Positions 41,411-56,623 of a stretch of DNA of 64,000 bases are shown here, in pieces. Position numbers and translations under genes: made by a program. Position 1 is the first letter of the stretch. The number at the start of each line of letters is the position of its first letter. The notes below the pieces were generated by a model that was not told the origin of the DNA, made no database searches, and saw only the letters and a list, made by a program, of their open reading frames with translations. Source of the DNA: Octopus vulgaris (Eukaryota); contig OX597824.1 in assembly GCA_951406725.2 (NCBI GenBank), positions 93,930,001-93,994,000 on the forward strand, in the 5' to 3' direction.

Positions 41411-42046
41411 CAGATGTGTGTGTGTTTGTGTGTATGTGCTTTTATGTGTTTGTGTGCCTGTGTTTCTGTGTGTGTTTCTGTGTGTGTCTGTGTGTGTGTG
41501 TGTGTTTGTGTAGTTTGTGTGTGTGTGATGTTGTGTGTATGTCTGTGTGTGTGTCTTTGTGTGTGCGTCATAGTTTGTGTGGTATGCGCTTGCGTTTGTC
41601 TATGTGTGTGTTTGTGTATACGTGTTTATGTGTGTGTGTCCTTGTGTGTGGTGTAGAAAGACAGATAGATAAATACATATACAGATACGAACGTGAATGG
41701 TGAATTCGTACAGACACATTCATTGTCATGACCAATTTCAAATACTAATGGAAGACATTTTTTTTTTCTTCATAATGGATTTGTCATTGTTGAAATATTG
41801 TCATATAAAGTAGAAATTCATTCATTTCTTTTTCCACCCATGTCTTCTTGACAGTAGTCGAATTATTGTTATGTGTGTTCTATACATATGAAACAAAAAG
41901 CTTGTGTATTCAATACGAGAATGTGATACGCCCGTTTTGCAGCTACAGCAATATTGATGGCTCATATTTCCGCGCACATTTTTATATATAGTTACAGTGC
42001 TTCCTGTAATTTATTCATCAAATTTATACATGTACCTGTACGTATT

Positions 42047-42124
<78 letters not shown>

Positions 42125-42125
<1 letters not shown>

Positions 42126-42300
42126 AGTTAACTAATGGAATGGAGAAAAAGTCATGATGAAAATAACAACGTGCGGACGTAGCACATGCGAAGTAATAAT
42201 AAGACGCTCAGAGAAGGAAAAGAGTGATTGTTTTACATTTCGAGCATATCTTTTCTTCGGAAAAGAAAGAAGGACGGAGAAAATCGCCAACAGCCCACGT
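42125..42300 (-). mobile_element. Decayed (TA)n-anchored retroposon end with hammerhead remnant at 42230-42264
   Basis: Minus strand tttt-CCGAAGA-aaagatatgctc-GAAA-UGUA-aaac; 3' part resembles the repeats at 49490-49570 and 49778-49848. Confidence 0.5.
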
Positions 42301-42438
42301 GAAGTTACATTTTTTATATAGATAGATATATACATGCATATATAGACATGTGTATACATAAATTCATACATACATACATACATACATACATACATACACA
42401 CATACACACATACATACATACATACATACATACATACA

Positions 42439-42469
<31 letters not shown>

Positions 42470-42966
42470 GAAAATAATAAGAGTAGAAAATTTAGAAGTC
42501 AATAGACAACATATTTTCAGATAAAGTAGTGTACAAACAATTTACGTCTTTATACACAAAAGAGGTGACCTTTAACAGAACACCTTACATGCTGGAAAGG
42601 GCAGTTAAAGCCCAAACTACAAATAAGAGCAATTTCAAAGTGAATGAAAATAAATATAGTTTTTGTAGTTACCCTCAGACTCGAGTTTGTATGTATGCAT
42701 GTATATTGTGTATAGGTGTGTGAAGATATGCATACAGAGGGAAATGTCTATAACACAAAATTTCGACAGTATTGAATGTATAAACAAATATACACTTTTC
42801 TACAGTTTCTATACACAGTTATATACAAGCCTATACGCAATTTTCACCTCATACAAACATACCAATCGCTCCGTTTGTGTATGTATATAGAAGTATGAGC
42901 GTATTTATATATCTATGTATGTATATATATATACATAGATATGTGTTTGTGTGAATATATAGGTAC

Positions 42967-43022
<56 letters not shown>

Positions 43023-43354
43023 GTGTGTGTGTGTGTGCGTGTGTGTGGTGGAGGGGTTTTGTGAGTGCGTGTGGCGTGAGGAATTTTATTTTCAAAAGTG
43101 ATTTCGTAGTCGATAGATTTTAATTAGAAACGGCACACCGAGGGGAAAGTTAACAAAAATATTTCCGAATACATTGTCTCTATATTGTTTTATCATGACC
43201 AAGTTAATTATTTAACCGAAAGTACAACGCGTATATCTACACTGAGGTACACACACACACGCACACACTCACAAATATTCACACATACGCACAGACACAC
43301 ATATATATAAATCTCTCTCCCTTTATGTATATATATATATATATATATGCACAC

Positions 43355-43400
<46 letters not shown>

Positions 43401-43402
43401 TC

Positions 43403-43435
<33 letters not shown>

Positions 43436-43705
43436 TACATATACATATATATGGACATATATATATATATATGCATTCATATGTATACATATATATGTAC
43501 ATATATATTTATGTAAATCTATATACATATATAAACACACATATATATAAACATCCATATATATAACTATATATATACATATATATATGTATATATATAT
43601 GTATATATATGTGTGTGTATATATATAAATATATGTATATATATGTGTGTGTGTGTATGTGGATGTGTATATATATATGTATGTGTATGTGTATATATAT
43701 ATATA

Positions 43706-43753
<48 letters not shown>

Positions 43754-44370
43754 ATATATATATATATATATGTAGTTCTTATATGCATGAACATTTTGTA
43801 GTTTTGTAAAGAATACTTTTTTTCTTTTTTCCGTGTAAATCGATTTGGGAGAGGAGAGAATAAAAATGAAAAGAATTAGTTTTAATATAACAACCTATAA
43901 TGAGATATTAGTACAGCTAATAAAGAGTAGTTTTTTGAATGTAATATAAAAGCAAACCACCTATTGAATTTAGTTATGTATGTATTGTAATGTATCCCCG
44001 GACTCGTGGTTTTGATGGCATTCAAATTTTCCTATAGATCAGTGAGCATGTGATACCTTCATCAGCGGACCTGCAAGCGAAGTCATCGGATCAGTTGTGT
44101 TGATGTTCAAATAAGATGAACAGCACAGTGATCCGGAACAAATGAAATATCAAGAATACGAAAATGTTTAATTTAAGGAGGAAAGAATTATAAGATTATT
44201 CGAATCAATATTAAGAAGAAAATATAACTCTGACCTAAGAAAATGAGCGATTTTATGAGGAAAACTTCCGTAGTTATACTGAAAATATATCCTTTTGTAC
44301 GAGCGGGTCAATGAAAATGTGAGAAATATAATTTAGAGCTATAGTATATAATGATACATGAGCGCAGCTA

Positions 44371-44454
<84 letters not shown>

Positions 44455-44540
44455 GTGTGCGTGTGTATATATGTATGTATATAATATATATATATATATA
44501 TATTGTTTCTTAATGAAAATTCTTACTGTGCAGTTAAAAA

Positions 44541-44575
<35 letters not shown>

Positions 44576-44578
44576 TGA

Positions 44579-44879
44579 AGGCGCGTGGAATAGTGGTAGG
44601 GGAGTTACACTCAGAAACGTAAGATTGGGATTTCGCTTCTCAGACTTGCTACGAGTTGTCTTCTTGAGCAACAAAAAAAAAAAAATTCATTTCACGTTGC
44701 TCCAGTCCACTCAGCTGTCAATGGGTGGTAACACTGTGACCAATTCGGCTCCCCCAATCATCAAGGGGAATGTTGGCCACAAGCTGGGTGGCAACATTTG
44801 TAAAGTGAGGCATGAGGCGAAATGCATTGTGACCGACGATGTATAAACAACCTTTTATTAGCTTGGTCGATTACGCGAT
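44579..44879 (+). mobile_element. SINE with family C head/core and the tail seen on the family D copy at 28593
   Basis: cttgagcaa...cgttgctccagtccactcagctg matches 7701; gggtggcaacatt...gcattgtgacc...tggtcga matches the reverse complement of 28595-28695. Confidence 0.65.
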
Positions 44880-44906
44880 CTGTGTGTGTATGTGTGTATG
44901 TGTGTG

Positions 44907-44937
<31 letters not shown>

Positions 44938-45151
44938 CTGAGTGTGTTTATACACGATGGGTATATCGGGATGTATTATCCAGGTGGGTGACGTAAGAGC
45001 CTTCATGTACAGTTCAGATTCCATCTAACCACATCAAGTAGTAAGAAGCGCCAAGTCGTTAAATTAAAAGACAAAGTTGACGATGCACCACTCCCCGTAT
45101 TGTTTGAACTTGTTTTGTATATACATACATACATACAAACATACACACACA

Positions 45152-45224
<73 letters not shown>

Positions 45225-45276
45225 AACGGGGGTTGGAATACACGAGAATGTACAAGGTACAACTTATTCGCTTAAT

Positions 45277-45377
<101 letters not shown>

Positions 45378-45486
45378 GTATATAAAAACATACACTGAAA
45401 AACGGAAGATGGAATATACGAGAATTTACCAGGTGTAAATCATTCGTTTTATTATATAATTGTTTGTGTGTGTGTATGTACGTATG

Positions 45487-45619
<133 letters not shown>

Positions 45620-46440
45620 ATATACATATATATATATGTATATATAAACATACATTTATGTATGTGTTTATATATATTTCTACGCAATTATATACTTACA
45701 TATATGTATATATATATATATATATGCATATTATTATTATTATTATTATTATTATTATCATTATTATTATCATTATTAAAATATAGCCTTCCCATGTGGT
45801 GCCGATTTATTATTTATATTGGCAGCTATTTAATTAACTCCTAAAGAAAGCTTGCTGTATTTGAAATAATTAAATTGCTGTCCAATCGCTGCATCCCGTT
45901 TTTAAGAAACGAACAATTCACATTAGATAATATAGTCCTAGATACTCTTCTCCAAAATGACAAGGGAATACAGCTGAAATACATTCGACTATAGGTTTAC
46001 TTGATGAGAATTGAATACGGACTTGGCAATTTCAACAACGTAAACCTTCGGAAGAACTTAGCAAGAAGGAAATTTACGTAGACGAATTCCTCGCGGAAAA
46101 TAACACTAAAATCTCTTTTGAACATGTTCCTAGTTTATTAAAGGTTTTGTGATTTAATACATACTTATCTCCCTATAAATATCTGTATAGAATTTACTGT
46201 GTTTATGTATGTGCGTGTGTTTGTGTATGTGTGTACGGAAGGTTGACTAACGGACTCGACAATGGAGATTTTGTTGTTCAGTCAACTGAGTTATCTGCTC
46301 TTTAATGTATCTTGCTGAATAGGGGTTCACAACATTTTCTTTTTTTTCATGTAAGGACCCTTTTGGTTCCTGCTTTACCCTACTGAACCCCCACCTTAAA
46401 AAAAGTCCTATTATATTTTTATAATTAAGTTTTAGACATA

Positions 46441-46603
46441 GGCGCAGGAGTGGCCGTGTGGTAAGTAGCTTGCTTACCAACCTCATGGTTCCGGGTTCAG
46501 TCCCACTGCGCGGCACCTTGAGCAAGTGTCTTCTTCTATAGCTTCGGGCCGACCAAAACCTTGTGAGTGGATTTGGTAGATGGAAACTGAAAGAAGCTCG
46601 CCG

Positions 46604-46697
<94 letters not shown>

Positions 46698-46890
46698 TGT
46701 GTCTGTGTTTGTCACCCTACCATCGGTTGACAACCGCTGTTGGTGTATTTATGTCCCCGTAGACTAGCAGTTCGGCGAAAGTGACCGATAGCATAAGTAC
46801 TAGGCTTACAAAGAATAAGTCTTGGGGTCGATTTGTTCGATTAGAGGTGGTGCTCCAGCATGGCCGCAATCAGATGACTGAAAAAAATGA
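46441..46890 (+). mobile_element. SINE family A, full length
   Basis: ggcgcaggagtggccgtgtggtaag... through cagatgactgaaa with internal (TA)n(TG)n. Confidence 0.92.
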
Positions 46891-47449
46891 AAGTATAATT
46901 TTATTAAAAATTGTATTTTTTAAAAAACTGTTAAAATATTTTGTGCATTGTTCATCAATTTTAACAACAGAATCTTAAACGGGTAGAATCAGTTTTAATA
47001 CAGTTTCAGACAAAGCTGTAACTTTGAAGAAAAACTACACTTCAACACTTGTGAGTGAAATTGGGTGTATCTATTTCTATACATATGTATATATATATAT
47101 GTGTGTGTATGTGTGTCTGAGTGTGTATGGATATATATATATATATATATATAGCAAAATTTAGATTCAGATGAGTGATAAAAAATCTGCAGATGGAGAA
47201 GGACCTTCTACTATCATGTTCTCAATGATGAAATTAACCTCTCTGTCTATATATCTACCCTCTTTGTAATGTTGGCAAATGAAATAAGTATAAAAATGTA
47301 CATTGTCTATTTAATTAAAAACTTCTATATGTGACTGAAGATTGCTCTACATTTTAAAACTGATGTAATACTTACATTGTTTAATAAAACGAAGTAGCAT
47401 GAAACGATTGTACTACACTACCTTGGATATCCTTGTTGCTTATTTTGAG

Positions 47450-47481
<32 letters not shown>

Positions 47482-47483
47482 CA

Positions 47484-47564
<81 letters not shown>

Positions 47565-48504
47565 TGTATATTCATGAGAATACATATATTTACATAGGTA
47601 GGTATGCATATATCTATACGTATATGTGAGTGTGTGTATTTACCTATGTATTAAATCTTTTACTTTTAATTAAAAATATAGCGTTTTTCATTTTTCATTT
47701 TGTAATATACAGACTTCCGTGTTTTTACGTCATTTCCGCCTAAACCAATCACAAGGCCGCCAAATTGTTCAAGACAACAACTTTTGATTTTTAGCTTCGT
47801 TTTAAAAACCGTTTCGTTTCAGCGATTCTATTCAGTTGCCAGACCTTACTTAATAATAACAACTGTCAATAAAGCTTCGCTTCTATCTTTTTCATAAGAC
47901 AGCATTAATTATTTTTAATGCAACAAAAATTGATTTTCCGTTGTGTATTCGTTGCTCCGACGGTTAACTGTCTGCTGTTTTTAACAGATTGAGGTTGCTG
48001 TTGTTGTTAGTGTTGTTGTTGTTAGTGTTGTTGCTTTTCGTTGGTATTGTTGTTGTTGTTGTTGTTTTAGTTGCCGTTGATTTGTTGCCCTTAAATATAA
48101 AAAAATAAGACTATTTGTCATACCTTTATTGGTTCTTGGAACTGAGTCCGTCTGTTATTGCTCAGACAACGACACCACACATGTTTACTCCTGTTAATAT
48201 CGTACCAGTATATTGTTTTTATATGTATGCATTTATATACACGTACATCTAGCTATTCATCAAAATGTATATATTCATGTGTTTATATATGTGTGTGTAT
48301 ATGTTGTTAAGTATATGATTATAAACTGAAAACTGCTTCAAATTTGTCTGAGAGATAATTGAACCGATAAAGGATTTTCACTGACTTAAGCGACAACTTA
48401 TCCTCCACAACAAACTGCAGGAAAAAGAGTTCACAGCTTCAGATACTTCTACAACATATTTGAACTTCCTCTTATATTTATACTTCCTCTCCCTGCTTCA
48501 TGCA

Positions 48505-48655
48505 TCTCTCTCCTTGTTTTTTTTTCTGTGTCCCTTTCTGCAGAAGAGCGTAGGCTCGAAACGTAAGACTTTTTCTATTCCTAAGCGTTATACTAATACA
48601 TCTGCTTGTTTTATAGATCACCTGTCTTCGTCTTTTGTTTTTATTCGTAAACTCT

Positions 48656-48658
<3 letters not shown>
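48505..48658 (+). mobile_element. Family E retroposon, third copy
   Basis: ccttt-CUGCAGA-a-gagc(gtag)gctc-GAAA-CGUA; ends ctctccc then (TA)n. Confidence 0.8.
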
Positions 48659-48706
<48 letters not shown>

Positions 48707-48707
<1 letters not shown>

Positions 48708-49037
48708 GAGGTCTGATCAATAAGCATCCGGACTGTTGCCATAGAAGCATAGCTAAAGCACGCAGAGTGAAACCGTTTTGCAAAGATTGACCTTGAACCC
48801 TGCTGTGCATGCGTACTAATATTCATCGTTCTAGCTCTCTACCGCTGTTTACAGCAGTGCTTGGAAGGAAGGTATGTAGCATGTGATCGTCGCATTGAGC
48901 ATGATAGAGAAAGAGTTCTGCTATGAGGGGAAATCGTCGAATCACAATCCGTGTATTATCGGAGGATGGACAGATAAGTTACGATTCAGTTCAGTCCATT
49001 ATCACTGAAGGTTTGGGAATGAGACACGTGTCTGCCA
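48707..49037 (+). mobile_element. Mariner transposon relic: left TIR plus internally deleted transposase fragment
   Basis: TA-cgaggtctgatcaataag TIR-like end; 48923-49036 translates RGNRRITIRVLSEDGQISYDSVQSIITEGLGMRHVSA, the mariner HTH segment preceding the WVP motif. Confidence 0.85.
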
Positions 49038-49041
49038 ATAT

Positions 49042-49200
49042 ATACGACAGACTCCTTTCAATTTCTGTCGATCAAATCCACTCACAAGGCTTTGGTCAGT
49101 CCGAGGCTACAGTAGAAAACACGTGCCCAAGGTGCCACGCTGTGAGACAGATCCCAGAACCATGAGTGCGGTAAGCAAGCTTCTTACCACACAGCCACGT
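49042..49200 (-). mobile_element. SINE family A, 5' half, truncating the mariner relic
   Basis: aaatccactcacaaggctttggtc...cttaccacacagccacg. Confidence 0.85.
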
Positions 49201-49432
49201 CACATTTAATATATACATTAGTTAAATATGAGCTACCAATAATTTGATGCTTTGGAAACACAATAAACCAGAAGATTTATATATCTTGTCTTGTGCCTGC
49301 GAGCTATTCTTCAAACTCAAATACTCAAATAATAGTAGTTAGCATTTTAATACTGTGTATATCAAATGACGTTTATCCCTCGCACCGGTTGGTGTACTTT
49401 TGTATTGTAGAATCCTACATATAAAGGAACAG

Positions 49433-49478
<46 letters not shown>

Positions 49479-49570
49479 CCTCTTTCTTTCTTTCCTGGCG
49501 TCCAATAATACTATATTTGTTCACGTCCTCGCGTTGTTGTGTTATTTTGTGCTTTCTTGTTTGGATTACA

Positions 49571-49614
<44 letters not shown>

Positions 49615-49621
49615 CATTGTC

Positions 49622-49668
<47 letters not shown>

Positions 49669-49737
49669 ATATATAATATATATTGATTATATATCATCTG
49701 ATGGTTGATATATATTGATTTAAGTATGTTTATCCAT

Positions 49738-49771
<34 letters not shown>

Positions 49772-49904
49772 CTCTATAATAATACTATACTTGTTCCACG
49801 TCCTCGCGTTGTTGTGTTTTCTGTTTGTGTTTTCATGTTTGGATTAACTATATATATATATATATGCATACACACATACATACACACGCAGTTATATGTA
49901 TATG

Positions 49905-50270
49905 CATGTATGTACGTATGTATGTACGTATGTATGTATGTACGTATGTATGTATGTATGTATGTATGTATGTATGTATGTATGTATGTATGTATGTATG
50001 TATGTACGTATGTATGTACGTATGTATGTACGTATGTATGTATGTATGAAGGTATGTATGTATGTATGTATGTATGTATGTATGTATGTATGTGTGTGTG
50101 TATGTGTGTATGTATGTATGTATGTATGTATGTATGTATGTATGTATGTATGTATGTATGTATGTATGTGTGTGTGTGTGTATGTGTGTATGTATGTATG
50201 TATGTATGTATGTATGTATGTATGTATGTATGTATGTATGTATGTATGTATGTATGTATGTATGTATGTA

Positions 50271-50306
<36 letters not shown>

Positions 50307-50340
50307 TGTATGTATGTATGTATGTATGTATGTATGTATG

Positions 50341-50374
<34 letters not shown>

Positions 50375-50538
50375 TGTATGTATGTATGTATGTATGTATG
50401 TATGTATGTATGTATGTATGTATGTATGTATGTATGTATGTATGTATGTATGTATGTATGTATGTATGTATGTATGTATGTATGTATGTATGTATGTATG
50501 TATGTATGTATGTATGTATGTATGTATGTATGTATGTA

Positions 50539-50574
<36 letters not shown>

Positions 50575-50682
50575 TATGTATGTATGTATGTATGTATGTA
50601 TGTATGTATGTATGTATGTATGTATGTACGTATGTATGTATGTATGTATGTATGTATGTATGTATGTATGTATGTATGTATA
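49905..50682. repeat. About 780 bp (TATG)n microsatellite with (TG)n interruptions
   Basis: Direct reading; source of the longest ORFs in the track. Confidence 0.97.
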
Positions 50683-50688
50683 TCTATA

Positions 50689-51125
<437 letters not shown>

Positions 51126-51132
51126 ATGATTA

Positions 51133-51186
<54 letters not shown>

Positions 51187-51203
51187 ATTATTATTCAGAA
51201 CAA

Positions 51204-51410
51204 GGCGGCGAGCCGGCAGAATCGTTAGCACGCAGGACGAAATGCTTAGCAGTATTTCGTGTTCTGAGTTCAAATTCCGCCGAGGGCGACTTTACCTTTC
51301 ATCCTTTCGGGGTCGATAAATTAAGTAATAGTTGAGTACTGGGGTCGATGTAAGCGTCTATCCTCATGCCCTAAATTTCAGGCCTTGTGTCTATAACAGA
51401 AAGGATCATT
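51204..51410 (+). mobile_element. SINE family B monomer (tail type 2)
   Basis: ggcggcgagccggcagaatcgttagcacg...aatttcaggccttgtgtctataacagaaaggat. Confidence 0.88.
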
Positions 51411-51779
51411 ATTCAGAACACCTCATTCGTATTCAAGGAATTTAAGGTTCGATCCCAGAGCGTACGAACTCGACCGGCTGCCATAGCGTTTTAAATGAAT
51501 CTATGAAAAACTTAATGGATGAACTGTACTAGTAATTCATCTGTGTAAAACCCACTACGGAGCAATACCTTAAGAATTATTACAAGGCTACGAGTCACTT
51601 TGGAATATTCAACCTCTAACATTCTAAATCGCTGACAAGAATTTTCATTTCATCAAGCAACTAAGATATTCATCGTTGAAACCGGTGAGATCCCACTCAC
51701 TACGCATAATTCCTTTTATTTCAGTTCAGCTTTCCACGTTGGGTGCAACACGTTTTTGCCGACTTGCGATAGAATTTCT

Positions 51780-52230
51780 CACTTCGTGTTGCGTCAGCCA
51801 ATATTTATATTCTCAATAACTAACTCATTCTTTCAATGTAACACAACGCATCTCTCGCCCCGAATCCTTCCCTTAAGGTATCTCTTTACGTATTTATTAT
51901 CAGGAAAATTTAACCCCATGAAATAAGGCTAAGTTGCATCCATATAAAATTTCTGAGTATAATTTCTGCTGTGGTTTGATTTCTTCAATCTTTCTTCCTG
52001 TTACTCGTCCATATATATGATATCGCCTTCTTTTTTTTTCTGCCCTTCTCCATTCCATTATCCTACAGATTGAATCCAATAGCAGCCAATTTTGATTTAG
52101 CCATAAATCTAAGACATCTCACCTCTATTCGAAATAGAGATCTGCTCAACATTTTCCCTTTCGCCTGACTCCTTCAAACTCTGAAACTTAATAGCTTCAA
52201 GTGGTCGTAAGAGCAACGCCGTGCTGTTTA
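51780..52230 (-). pseudogene. Possible decayed RTE-like LINE C-terminal fragment
   Basis: Minus strand gives KYVKRYLKGRIRGER, resembling the RTE C-terminal K.IL.G.I.G.R motif. Frames are broken. Confidence 0.3.
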
Positions 52231-52729
52231 TCTCCAACTGAACTTCGACCCCTCAAAGAAACACGAAGAAAATTTCATTTCCTATTTAAACATTTTATGC
52301 ATTTTATGCCTTTATCCTTTTATACGTGACCAGAGTCGGAATGGAGTGGCATATTGTGAGACGTTCATGGCTTTCTGAAAGGGATTAGTGGTCTCCACTG
52401 AACTAAGAATAGATCTCGTTTACTGTTTCTAACGACTGAGCAGCCGACCTGGAAAGGGTGGGGGCGCAGCGCTTTCAAAGTTTGGTTTGTAGTCAATGAT
52501 ATCGATCTCAATGCTTAATCTTGTACACATTTTATCGACCTTTATTTATTGAATGGCTGCTTTCAGCTTGATTCACACCCTTTATTTTGGGAGTTTACCT
52601 CTCCGCAGTAAGTAACGAAAACGGCAATAAACAAGGATATGCAGAACCAAAGCCAAAGGAATAAACATCCTGACGAATATTGGCGCGCGCGCGCACACAC
52701 ACACACACACACACAAAAGCACAAACATA

Positions 52730-53046
52730 CAGAAATCCCTCGACTATCGCGGGTGTTATGTTCAAAAAATCCCTGCGTTAGGAGAAAATCCGCGAAGTAG
52801 AAACAGTAATGTACTCTTTTACTCTTTTACTCATTTTATTGTTTCAGTCATTTGACTGTGGCCATGCTGGAGCACCTCCTTTAATCGAACAAATCGACCC
52901 CAGAACTTATTATTTGTAAGCCTAGTACTTATTCTATCGGTTGCTTTTGCTGAACCGCTAAGTTACTTAAACACACCAGCATCGGTTGTCAAGCGATGTT
53001 GAGGGGACAAACACAGACACACAAACATATACACACATACACATAC

Positions 53047-53110
<64 letters not shown>

Positions 53111-53411
53111 CATACATACATACATACATACATACATACATACACACGACGGGCTTCTTTCAGTTTCCGTCTACTAAATCCACTCACAAGGCTGTGGTCA
53201 GCCCGAGGCTATAGTAAAAGACACTTGCCCAAGGTGACACGTAGTGCGACTGAACCCGGAACTATGTGGATCGTAAGCAAGCTACAATTTGTATATATTT
53301 GCTTTATTATAAATGCAAAACAATACCACGGAGGAGATGATTCAAACATGAATAATAATGCGTGATAGGTGAAGCGCGATAAGTGAACCGCGATATGGCG
53401 AGGGATTACCG
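52730..53411 (-). mobile_element. pogo/Tigger-like MITE interrupted by a SINE A insertion
   Basis: TA-cagaaatccctcg ... cgagggattaccg-TA; the two halves are homologous to 35266-35505. Confidence 0.8.
52814..53285 (-). mobile_element. SINE family A nested in the MITE
   Basis: Family A sequence from the tail to aagcaagctac, slightly 5'-truncated. Confidence 0.92.
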
Positions 53412-53424
53412 TACGTTGGTTTCA

Positions 53425-54340
53425 CATTTCGGCAGAGCACCAGCGATTTCGTGGGAGTGTGCTAGTCGATTTCATCGACCCCAGTACAGGACTGGTACTT
53501 AATTTAGCGATCCCGAAAGGATGAAAGGCAAAGTCGACCTCGAGGTAATTTGAAGCCACAACGTACAGACGGACGAAGTGCCGCTAAGCATTTGTCCCGG
53601 AATAACTAACGATTCTACCGGTCGCTCCCTTAATATAGACATTTATTTATGCTTGTTTTTATACCGAATTTTAATAAAAGCAATTCTATATTAAATTGAA
53701 GGATTACTGAATGCTTTTCCCATGAAACTTCTTATAAAATCATAATGTATGTGTACAGGGTGGATAGAAAGATTTATCACCACCAGTAAATATTGTTTTA
53801 ATTTTCTATTATCAAAGAGAAAGTTTCTAAAGAGCGATACCAGAATACCAGAATACCACAATACCCAACAGCGTCAGAATAGCCAACAGCGATATCAGAT
53901 TACCCAAGAATTGAAAATAATTTTTTTTACTATAGGTATATGACCCGAAATTTGTGGTAGGGAGGGCCAGTTGACAACATCGTCCCCAGCACTTCACTGG
54001 TACTTAATTTATCGATCCCGAAAGGATGAAAGGTAGACCTCGGTGGAATTTGATTTCAGAACGTAAAGACGGACGAAATGAAGCTAATCATTTTTCCCGG
54101 CGTGCAAACGATTCTACTTGAGAACATTAAATCAAATAATTCTTTTTATTATGGGTATAAGACCCGAAATTTGATGTAGGGAGGGTCAGTCGACAACATC
54201 GTCCCCAGTACTTCACTGGCACTTATTTTATCGACTCCAAAAGGATGAAAGACAATGGCGACCTTGGTGAAATTTGAACTCAAAATATAAACAAGGACGA
54301 AATACCGAACTAACGAACGATTCTGCCAGTTCCCCGCCTG
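53425..54340 (-). mobile_element. Three SINE family B monomers (about 53425-53630, 53925-54115, 54140-54340)
   Basis: Repeated tcgatcccgaaaggatgaaagg...ctcggtggaatttga...gacggacgaaat on the plus strand. Confidence 0.8.
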
Positions 54341-54831
54341 AAAGCAATAAATAAAAAATAGAAATAATTATATGGCAAATGTAACTTCAATCTAGAATCG
54401 AAACCGCGCCATTGTTAATTTGGCCTCTTAATTCGTTTGTATGATTACGTTGAAGGGTTATATGTCGTGGGAGTCTGTTTCTTTGTTTGTACTCTACGCT
54501 GTTTGTTCGAAGACAAACACGTAGGATGTGGAAGAAAACAAAAATAAATACGAACCAAAGTTTGGAAAGAAAAATAATCGGAACATGTGCAAATATTTTC
54601 AACAATAACACCAAAAACTAAATAAACAGCTTAGCCATTAAAATAAGTTCAGGGATTATTAAGCATATGAGATGTTTATTTAGTTATTTATTGAATATTT
54701 TGTGTATTTCTCCTCTGAACTCCAGAGGTCATGTCAAAGCAACTCTCGGGATTGTGGCTTTGTTGTGAACGTTTGTTTGTTTGACTCCATTTATTTTATT
54801 TATTTATTTATGTATTTATTTATTTATTTAT

Positions 54832-54862
<31 letters not shown>

Positions 54863-54946
54863 TAGAGAGAGAGAGAGCGAAAGTGAGAGAGGGAGATAAT
54901 ATTAATGAGAATGCCGAAAGTTAAGGTTAGTTTGATATTGTTCTAG

Positions 54947-55117
<171 letters not shown>

Positions 55118-56001
55118 GTTTGTTTGTTTTAATTTTTTGTTTCTCTCAGAGTAAAGATTTTGTTGCCTTGTTTTCGCTGTTATTACAGTGTTTCGTTTTT
55201 TGTTGATTTCTGTTTTTGTACTTAAGTTTTTGTTGTTTTTTACCCCTCCGTCTCCTCCTCCTCCTCCTCCTCCTCCTTCCTTCTCGTCTTTGTTTTATTA
55301 TTATCTTCCATAAATTTTCTGCAAATTCTTTTAACAAACAGTTTTATGTTTAGAAGTGTTTCCATAACCAACAAGACATGAAATTTGTGGCCCGTGATTA
55401 AAAGAAACCAAAAATTTAAAAAAAAAACATAAAAACGCCGAAACGAAACAAAAAAGAAAATGCAAACCATAAACAACAACGACTACAAAAAGAAAGAATG
55501 TGAAGCATAAAACGAAACGAAACGAAATACAATCCACACACACTGTGACCCAACTGACATCGGTGACCACAATACCTTGAGGTTCTCCATGCGTCCATTT
55601 CCAAATGCCATCACTTTGATTATTGAAGCTGGATATAGCTTAGGTGTTTTATTACATTTCTTCTTTTTGTTTTGTTTTGTCTTTTTTTTTTGTTGGGTTT
55701 TTTTTTCGATCTCAATTTTGTTTCTTCAGTTAAGATAACTTTTGTGAGCAAAAGATGCAACAGAAACAAGCAGAAGAGCAACAACGAAGGCCACGGAGCA
55801 AACACTAGCAGCAAACATGAAGCAGAAAATTTACTAATAATCGTGGCATTATTTTTAATTCAGAGCGAACCTCTGCGATCGAGGGTCTTCGAGTTTTTCG
55901 ACCCTTCTTGTTATCATTATTCATTTTTATTGGTTCGATCTGGAAGGAAGTGTGCTAACCATGACCGGTCACTGGCACAGTCAAAGTCAAATCATTTACT
56001 A

Positions 56002-56170
56002 ATTTCAGTCATTAGACTGCGGCCATGCTGGGGCACCGCCTTGGAAGAAATTGTAGTCGAATGAATCGACCCTACTACGTAATTTTTGTTAAGCCTGCTA
56101 TTTATCCTATCGATACCTTTTGCCGAACCGCTAAGTTACGGGGGACATAAGCGCACCAATACCGGTTCTC
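56002..56170 (-). mobile_element. SINE family A, 3' part
   Basis: tttcagtcattagactgcggccatgctggggcaccgcc...tgccgaaccgctaagttacggg. Confidence 0.8.
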
Positions 56171-56623
56171 AAATTGTTACATTTACTTGTGTCTATTTAG
56201 GGGGTGGGATTTTACTTATGTTTATTGTTTTTTTCTTGGATTTTTTGCTTTTATTGTTTTTCTTTGGATTTTCTTGTGTTTATTTTTTGGGTACTCCCAT
56301 CTATTATGAAGGGCCAATACGCTGTGACACGCTTCGAGGGCGTCATACTACCTGGGTGCTTGCATAGTTTTATCATTTTGTGAATGTATGCAACCCCCGG
56401 GTCCTACTCGTACGACAAAACTGTCTTCAAACTTGAAAATTCGATTTATAAATGTTTTTCTCTAGATTTTCTATATACACCGAAAATCTGTAAAGGTAAA
56501 CTTAAAAATGAAAACAACGCACTGCTAACACGAAAGTAGAACACTGTTTTGACCAATCAACGCTTAATATACCAGAAGGTGTACAGTGGCTGCAAAACAA
56601 ATACGGTGTCCCTCCCTGCAACT

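Noticed and set aside
44020-44072. Minus-strand CUGAUGA...GAAA
   Set aside because: Helix I does not pair and helix II is out of register.
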